From an uncultured Desulfatitalea sp. (GTDB lineage: Bacteria; Desulfobacterota; Desulfobacteria; Desulfobacterales; Desulfosarcinaceae): a stretch of DNA of 64,000 bases. Both the position numbers and the translations under genes were made by a program. Location: assembly GCA_963668675.2 (NCBI GenBank), contig CAXXMB010000002.1, forward strand, positions 2,016,001-2,080,000, written 5' to 3'. Under the pieces are notes generated by a model that searched no databases, was not told the origin of the DNA, and saw nothing but the letters and a program-made list of their open reading frames with translations. Within the stretch, counting starts at the first letter, position 1. The number at the start of each line of letters is the position of its first letter. Below are positions 59,743 through 64,000 of the stretch, in pieces.

Positions 59743-60711
59743 TCAAACAGAGGCGATGAACAGCTTCACCTTCGTCTCGATCTCATCTCGCACGTGACGC
59801 ATCATCTCCATGGATTGGCCGGCCGGATCGGCAAACACCCAATCTTCACGCACAGCGCCAGGCACCACCGGGCATTGTTCCCTGCACCCCATGGTGACGA
59901 TGATCTCCGGCATATGCCCTGCAATGGCATCCTCGATAGCCTGGGTAGTGGCAAAACCCATGTCAATGCCCCGTTCCTGCATCGCTTCGATCATGGCGGG
60001 GTTCACTTGAGCGGTCGGTTCACTGCCGGCACTGGCCACGTCCAGCCGATCCCCACCATAGAGCCGGGCAAAAGCTGATGCCATCTGGCTGAGGCAGGCA
60101 TTCTCCCGACAGGCAAATAGCACCCGACGGCGACCGATCAAGTCCTGGGTCAGCTCCCGGGCCGCCTCGGCCACATCCGCTTGCATGGTAGGGTGGTTCT
60201 GAATATGTCCGCGGCCCTCGATGCGCCGGTAGGTCAAGCTGCCGGAAAATCGGGCGCTGATGCCATCAAAAAAGTATTTGGCGGTCAGGTTCAATCCATC
60301 AAAGAGCTGTTTGCCGGAGGTGGCGCCGACAGAGAGCATATAGCCGCGCCGTACGCTGTGGCCAGGATCCTTTAGTTTGAGCATATATTTGCGTGCCCAC
60401 AGGGTCTGGCAGCGGTCGATCAGGGCTTTGAGCTGGGCCGTGACGTTGTAGAAAAAGATCGGTGATGCCGCCACCACAATATCAGCCTTGCGCAGCAACC
60501 CGAAAATCTCTTTGCCCATGTCATCGTCGATGGGGCAAACGCCCTTCTTCTCACATACGGTCAACTCACGGCACGGTTCGATGTTACGGCGGCAGACGTC
60601 AATGGTCTGTGTATCGACGCCGAGGTGCACCAGCTCCTGCATGAAGGCTGCCAGGAGCAGATCACTGTTGCCCTTCTTGCGCGGGCTGCCTTGGAGGCCC
60701 AGAGCTAGCAT
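59743..60711 (-). CDS. Flavodoxin-fold (iron-sulfur flavoprotein-like) domain fused to an ArsC/LMW-PTP-like domain
   Basis: [14 protein letters not shown]...QLKALIDR; then [30 protein letters not shown]...DPAG. Confidence 0.85.
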   Translation of the reverse strand: MLALGLQGSPRKKGNSDLLLAAFMQELVHLGVDTQTIDVCRRNIEPCRELTVCEKKGVCPIDDDMGKEIFGLLRKADIVVAASPIFFYNVTAQLKALIDRCQTLWARKYMLKLKDPGHSVRRGYMLSVGATSGKQLFDGLNLTAKYFFDGISARFSGSLTYRRIEGRGHIQNHPTMQADVAEAARELTQDLIGRRRVLFACRENACLSQMASAFARLYGGDRLDVASAGSEPTAQVNPAMIEAMQERGIDMGFATTQAIEDAIAGHMPEIIVTMGCREQCPVVPGAVREDWVFADPAGQSMEMMRHVRDEIETKVKLFIASV

Positions 60712-60716
60712 CGTCA

Positions 60717-61064
60717 CTACTCCCTCACGTGGCACTGGCTACAGGTCACCGGCCCGGCTTTATTGCCAGCCTTTTTCTCGGCCTTGTGGCATTTGATGCA
60801 GAGCGTGTTCATGACCTGCTTCTTCTTCAACGCGCCTTCCGCTTTAAGCTTTTCAATGCTGCCCTTCTGCTGAGGAAAAGCAGCATGGCAGACCATACAA
60901 TCCTGTAGTCTTTCCTGGTGGTCCCTATGGGTGAAAGGCACCAGACCGCGGCTGCCACCTTCAAGCGTCATCTGCGCAGCACCCTTTTCCACTTGCGCTT
61001 GAACACCGAAGGCCATGGCCACCGCCATAACCGTTACAACCATCAAAATAGAGATGCGAATCAT
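60717..61064 (-). CDS. Periplasmic triheme cytochrome c (c3/c7 family)
   Basis: Signal peptide, FTHRDH, three CxxCH (CMVCH, CIKCH, CSQCH). Confidence 0.9.
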   Translation of the reverse strand: MIRISILMVVTVMAVAMAFGVQAQVEKGAAQMTLEGGSRGLVPFTHRDHQERLQDCMVCHAAFPQQKGSIEKLKAEGALKKKQVMNTLCIKCHKAEKKAGNKAGPVTCSQCHVRE

Positions 61065-61241
61065 AAGTGGTCTCTTTCGGATATCTATCGATATCAAACA
61101 GGATAGCGTTTGGCCCCATACCGATTCCAACAGGTACCAATTGGTTCAGCAAGACACATCGCCCTTTTCACACAGGCGCCGGCCGGCCGATTATACCCTT
61201 CTCTTTTGGTCAAGCGGCCGCAGAGCGCACGGAAAAAACGA

Positions 61242-61427
61242 TCAGGCCGCACCGTCCAGTGAGCATTGTGAAAAATCGATGGGTTTCCCGCACTTGTCGC
61301 ATTTGTGCGTTTTATGAAATTCGTCTGAAAAAATTTCTTTGGAAGCGCCACACTCCGGACATTTACACACAAACGATTTCAGGTTGCGAAAATTTTCAAA
61401 CCCGGGGCAATGCTGAGGTGTAGACAT
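61242..61427 (-). CDS. Small zinc-ribbon protein
   Basis: HCPG...CPECG..KEIFSDE...CDKCG; AAGGAGG RBS. Confidence 0.8.
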   Translation of the reverse strand: MSTPQHCPGFENFRNLKSFVCKCPECGASKEIFSDEFHKTHKCDKCGKPIDFSQCSLDGAA

Positions 61428-61461
61428 AAGGTCCTCCTTTTGTTTGACAGAGGGTTACGAA

Positions 61462-61617
61462 CTACTTTATGCGCGGATCTTTTCCGCCGGCGGCACAATC
61501 CGGTGTATAGCAGGTATTGTCCAAAAATTCGCATGCCTCTTTGCAGGATGGACATTTTTCCGGCGGACGCTCGGCCTCCAGTTCATATCCACAATTGCCG
61601 CATTTCCAACTGGCCAT
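61462..61617 (-). CDS. 51-aa rubredoxin-like protein (absent from the supplied ORF track)
   Basis: Translated by hand: MASWKCGNCGYELEAERPPEKCPSCKEACEFLDNTCYTPDCAAGGKDPRIK; AAGGGGG upstream. Confidence 0.85.
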   Translation of the reverse strand: MASWKCGNCGYELEAERPPEKCPSCKEACEFLDNTCYTPDCAAGGKDPRIK

Positions 61618-61720
61618 ATCATCACCCCCTTGTTTTACATTAAACGGGATTCAGGTGGAAGGAGGATCCGGGCCCCACCGCACCAGGGACCCGGCCTTCC
61701 TGTAATATAACCGGAAACCC

Positions 61721-62095
61721 CTAAGCTTTCCAGTGCCCGTGCAGGTTACAGTATTCACGAGCTGTGATGCTGGCAGCCTCAACCATGAAGGTGGCTTCGG
61801 GTGCCTGCCCCGGCTCGAGGAACTGCCGGTAAACCTTTCCGTCAGCGACGATTTCAATCCACTCGATGTAATGTTTCTCTTCCATGGGATGAGCCACGCT
61901 GCCCACCTTGACCTTCACTCCGCCATCGATCTTCTCGATGACCGGCACGTGCTTCTCCTTCGCCGCATCGACCGTGTTCTCTTTCAAACATTCCATGGGC
62001 TGGCCGCAGCATACCAACTCGCCGGCACCGGCATGCAACACTTCCACGATATTGCCACACAGATTGCATTTATACACTTCCAACCTTTCTGTCAT
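61721..62095 (-). CDS. dfx: Desulfoferrodoxin (2Fe superoxide reductase)
   Basis: [22 protein letters not shown]...HYIEW, CNLHG. Confidence 0.96.
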   Translation of the reverse strand: MTERLEVYKCNLCGNIVEVLHAGAGELVCCGQPMECLKENTVDAAKEKHVPVIEKIDGGVKVKVGSVAHPMEEKHYIEWIEIVADGKVYRQFLEPGQAPEATFMVEAASITAREYCNLHGHWKA

Positions 62096-62151
62096 TGCCT
62101 TTTCCTCCTCTTTTAAAAAATCGGTTTGTCATCCACTGTGGACGGAGTCGA

Positions 62152-62727
62152 TTACCAGTTTTCGCCCAACAGTTCAAAATGGGCCTGGGGATGGGCACAG
62201 GCCGGGCACATTTGAGGCGCCTCGAGCCCTTCGTGCAGGTAGCCACAGTTACGGCAACGCCATACGACGGCCTGGCTGCGTTTGAAAACGGTGCCGGCCT
62301 GAATATTGGCCGCCAGATCACGATAGCGTTTCTCGTGATGCTTCTCGGCAACGGAAACCGCTTCCCAAACCATGGCGATCGCCTCGAATCCCTCTTCGCG
62401 GGCGATCTTGGCAAAGCCGGGATACATCTCGGTGTGCTCGTGCTGTTCACCGTCAGCCGCAGCGGTGAGATTCTCAAGCGTGGAACCAATGATACCCGCG
62501 GGAAATGCACCAACGATCTCTATTTCGCCGCCCTCCAGAAATTTGAAGAAGCGCTTGGCGTGCTCTTTCTCCTGGTTGGCCGTCTCTTCAAAAATATCGG
62601 AGATCTGAATAAAGCCCTCTTTGCGTGCTTTGCCGGCAAAGTAGGTGTATCGGTTACGTGCCTGGGATTCACCTGCGAAAGAGGCCAGCAGGTTCTTTTC
62701 GGTTTGGGATCCTTTTACTGTTGCCAA
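62152..62727 (-). CDS. rbr: Rubrerythrin
   Basis: [27 protein letters not shown]...CPAC; TTG start after AAGGAGG. Confidence 0.96.
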   Translation of the reverse strand: MATVKGSQTEKNLLASFAGESQARNRYTYFAGKARKEGFIQISDIFEETANQEKEHAKRFFKFLEGGEIEIVGAFPAGIIGSTLENLTAAADGEQHEHTEMYPGFAKIAREEGFEAIAMVWEAVSVAEKHHEKRYRDLAANIQAGTVFKRSQAVVWRCRNCGYLHEGLEAPQMCPACAHPQAHFELLGENW

Positions 62728-62729
62728 AA

Positions 62730-63014
62730 CTAATCCTCCTTTACATCTTTTGAGTGTTGAAATGATGAATCTTCTGTTTTCAGGTTAGTCTCAGACGTTG
62801 AAGGGCAATGGTTGGACCACCACCCCTTTGCCTGATGTCGCTTTTTCTCATCCTCCGCCATACGCCACAATTTGTAAGCCGAATCTCTGAGCATCCCATA
62901 GAGAATTCCGCACCCTATATCTTCGCGGTCGCTATCGCCTTGATCGGCGAGACGGATCATCTCCTGGGTCAGTTCGATGGTACGCTTAATGTTGTGATCG
63001 CAGGGTTTCACCAA
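62730..63014 (-). CDS. Hypothetical protein, first gene of the oxygen-defence operon
   Basis: 94-aa helical ORF ending 2 nt before rbr; motif D.GCGILYG..RDSAY. Confidence 0.75.
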   Translation of the reverse strand: MVKPCDHNIKRTIELTQEMIRLADQGDSDREDIGCGILYGMLRDSAYKLWRMAEDEKKRHQAKGWWSNHCPSTSETNLKTEDSSFQHSKDVKED

Positions 63015-63621
63015 GCAACTCTCTTTTGGGGTGAGAACTACGCATAACCTCTCTTCCGATCACAATAGATAACAAAACCTGTGCCAGATTTTTAGCGACC
63101 ACCTCCAAATCTAACAAACGCCCGAATACCGCGCATCCACACTGTTTCGGAGCCGCAATCCCGGCCACTGGACCGACCCGATACACCATGTATAATTGAT
63201 ACACCCCGGCCGTTCAGAGCTGAAATGCAATGTTCGGCAAATTATAACAAATTGAATTTAAACCTAAAACAAGCCCTCTCAGGGTCTCATGACAGTTTCG
63301 ATACACAAGTGTCTCAAGGCGATCGCACATGGGAATAATAAGCCAGCGCAACAACAACGTTAACCTCGCAACTGTCATCGTTCGGTGGGAAGTCCAGGTT
63401 GCAGGATAACCTGCAGAGGGCTTGCGCAAAGTGATCCTGCACAGAATTGTCACAGGGAATGAATACTGGGTAACATATCGTCCCCGCATAAGCAAGCCAA
63501 TGGCTGCCAAATGAACCGGGAGGTGGCACCGCTATTGAACACGGCATATTAATTGCTATATTTTTACCCAGATTTCAATTTCGGCTTCGTGTCATGCCGT
63601 ATCGACCCGAAAGGAGAACGC

Positions 63622-63981
63622 ATGCAAAACATAGAGACCATAAAACAGGATCCCGAGCTGCTCAATGCCATCGATTGGGAGATGACGCCCGAAGAGGCTG
63701 TCCGACTCTATCTGGAGTGGGGCAACAACTGGGCGCGCGGCAACTATGTCATTCGCTCCAAAAATGATGAAACCTGCTACTTTGCCATCAGCACATGGAA
63801 AGAGCCGCCGATGATCTACCTGATCCGGCGCAACTCAGACGGTGCCAAAGAGCTGGCCCATATCGAGATGCCCGATCGGGTCAGGCAGGCATTTTTAGAA
63901 GAGAACGGAGAGTTAAAGGGCGTCTATGCCATTGAAGGTGTTGTCAAGGATTGGCTGCGGCAAGAGCTGGAGGCAGCGTGA
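63622..63981 (+). CDS. DVU0772-like conserved protein
   Basis: IDWEMTPEEAVRLYLEWGNN motif; AAGGAG RBS before ATG 63622; divergent from the rbr operon. Confidence 0.8.
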   Translation: MQNIETIKQDPELLNAIDWEMTPEEAVRLYLEWGNNWARGNYVIRSKNDETCYFAISTWKEPPMIYLIRRNSDGAKELAHIEMPDRVRQAFLEENGELKGVYAIEGVVKDWLRQELEAA

Positions 63982-64000
63982 CTGGCCCCTCTTCGCGCCT

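Noticed and set aside
63015..63621. Short ORFs or a PerR/Fur box in the 600-bp region upstream of the rbr operon
   Set aside because: ORFs lack RBS and motifs; no clear operator palindrome could be supported.

Overview
Chromosomal window from a Desulfobacterota (Desulfobacterales-like) anaerobe, inferred from gene content (desulfoferrodoxin, rubrerythrin, multiheme cytochrome, NfnAB, DVU0298/DVU0772-like proteins). Much of it is housekeeping: rplU-rpmA-obgE-nadD-rsfS-gpmI, lpxC with an NtrY/NtrX-like pair, rsmD-coaD, class II ribonucleotide reductase, metK-ahcY, pncAB, nfnAB and an oxygen-defence cluster. No rRNA, tRNA, CRISPR array or transposase was recognised. Strongest candidates for undescribed biology: (1) an Fo-only Na+-type ATP synthase operon encoding a normal c subunit plus a four-hairpin fused c subunit in which three of four ion-binding Glu are Gln, next to a cation antiporter, signalling genes and three cytidylate-kinase-like paralogues; (2) a GAF-ANTAR regulator with a three-hairpin ANTAR target leader and overlapping terminator ahead of a stand-alone FMN glutamate synthase; (3) an orphan M15 peptidoglycan peptidase plus 3TM-holin-like pair with no phage context and a tandem array of RBS-like repeats; (4) a ~250-bp MITE with TIRs and target duplication, and a 179-nt long hairpin element; (5) an EtfA-XRE-cupin fusion. 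All family calls come from motif recognition by eye; no database search was run.
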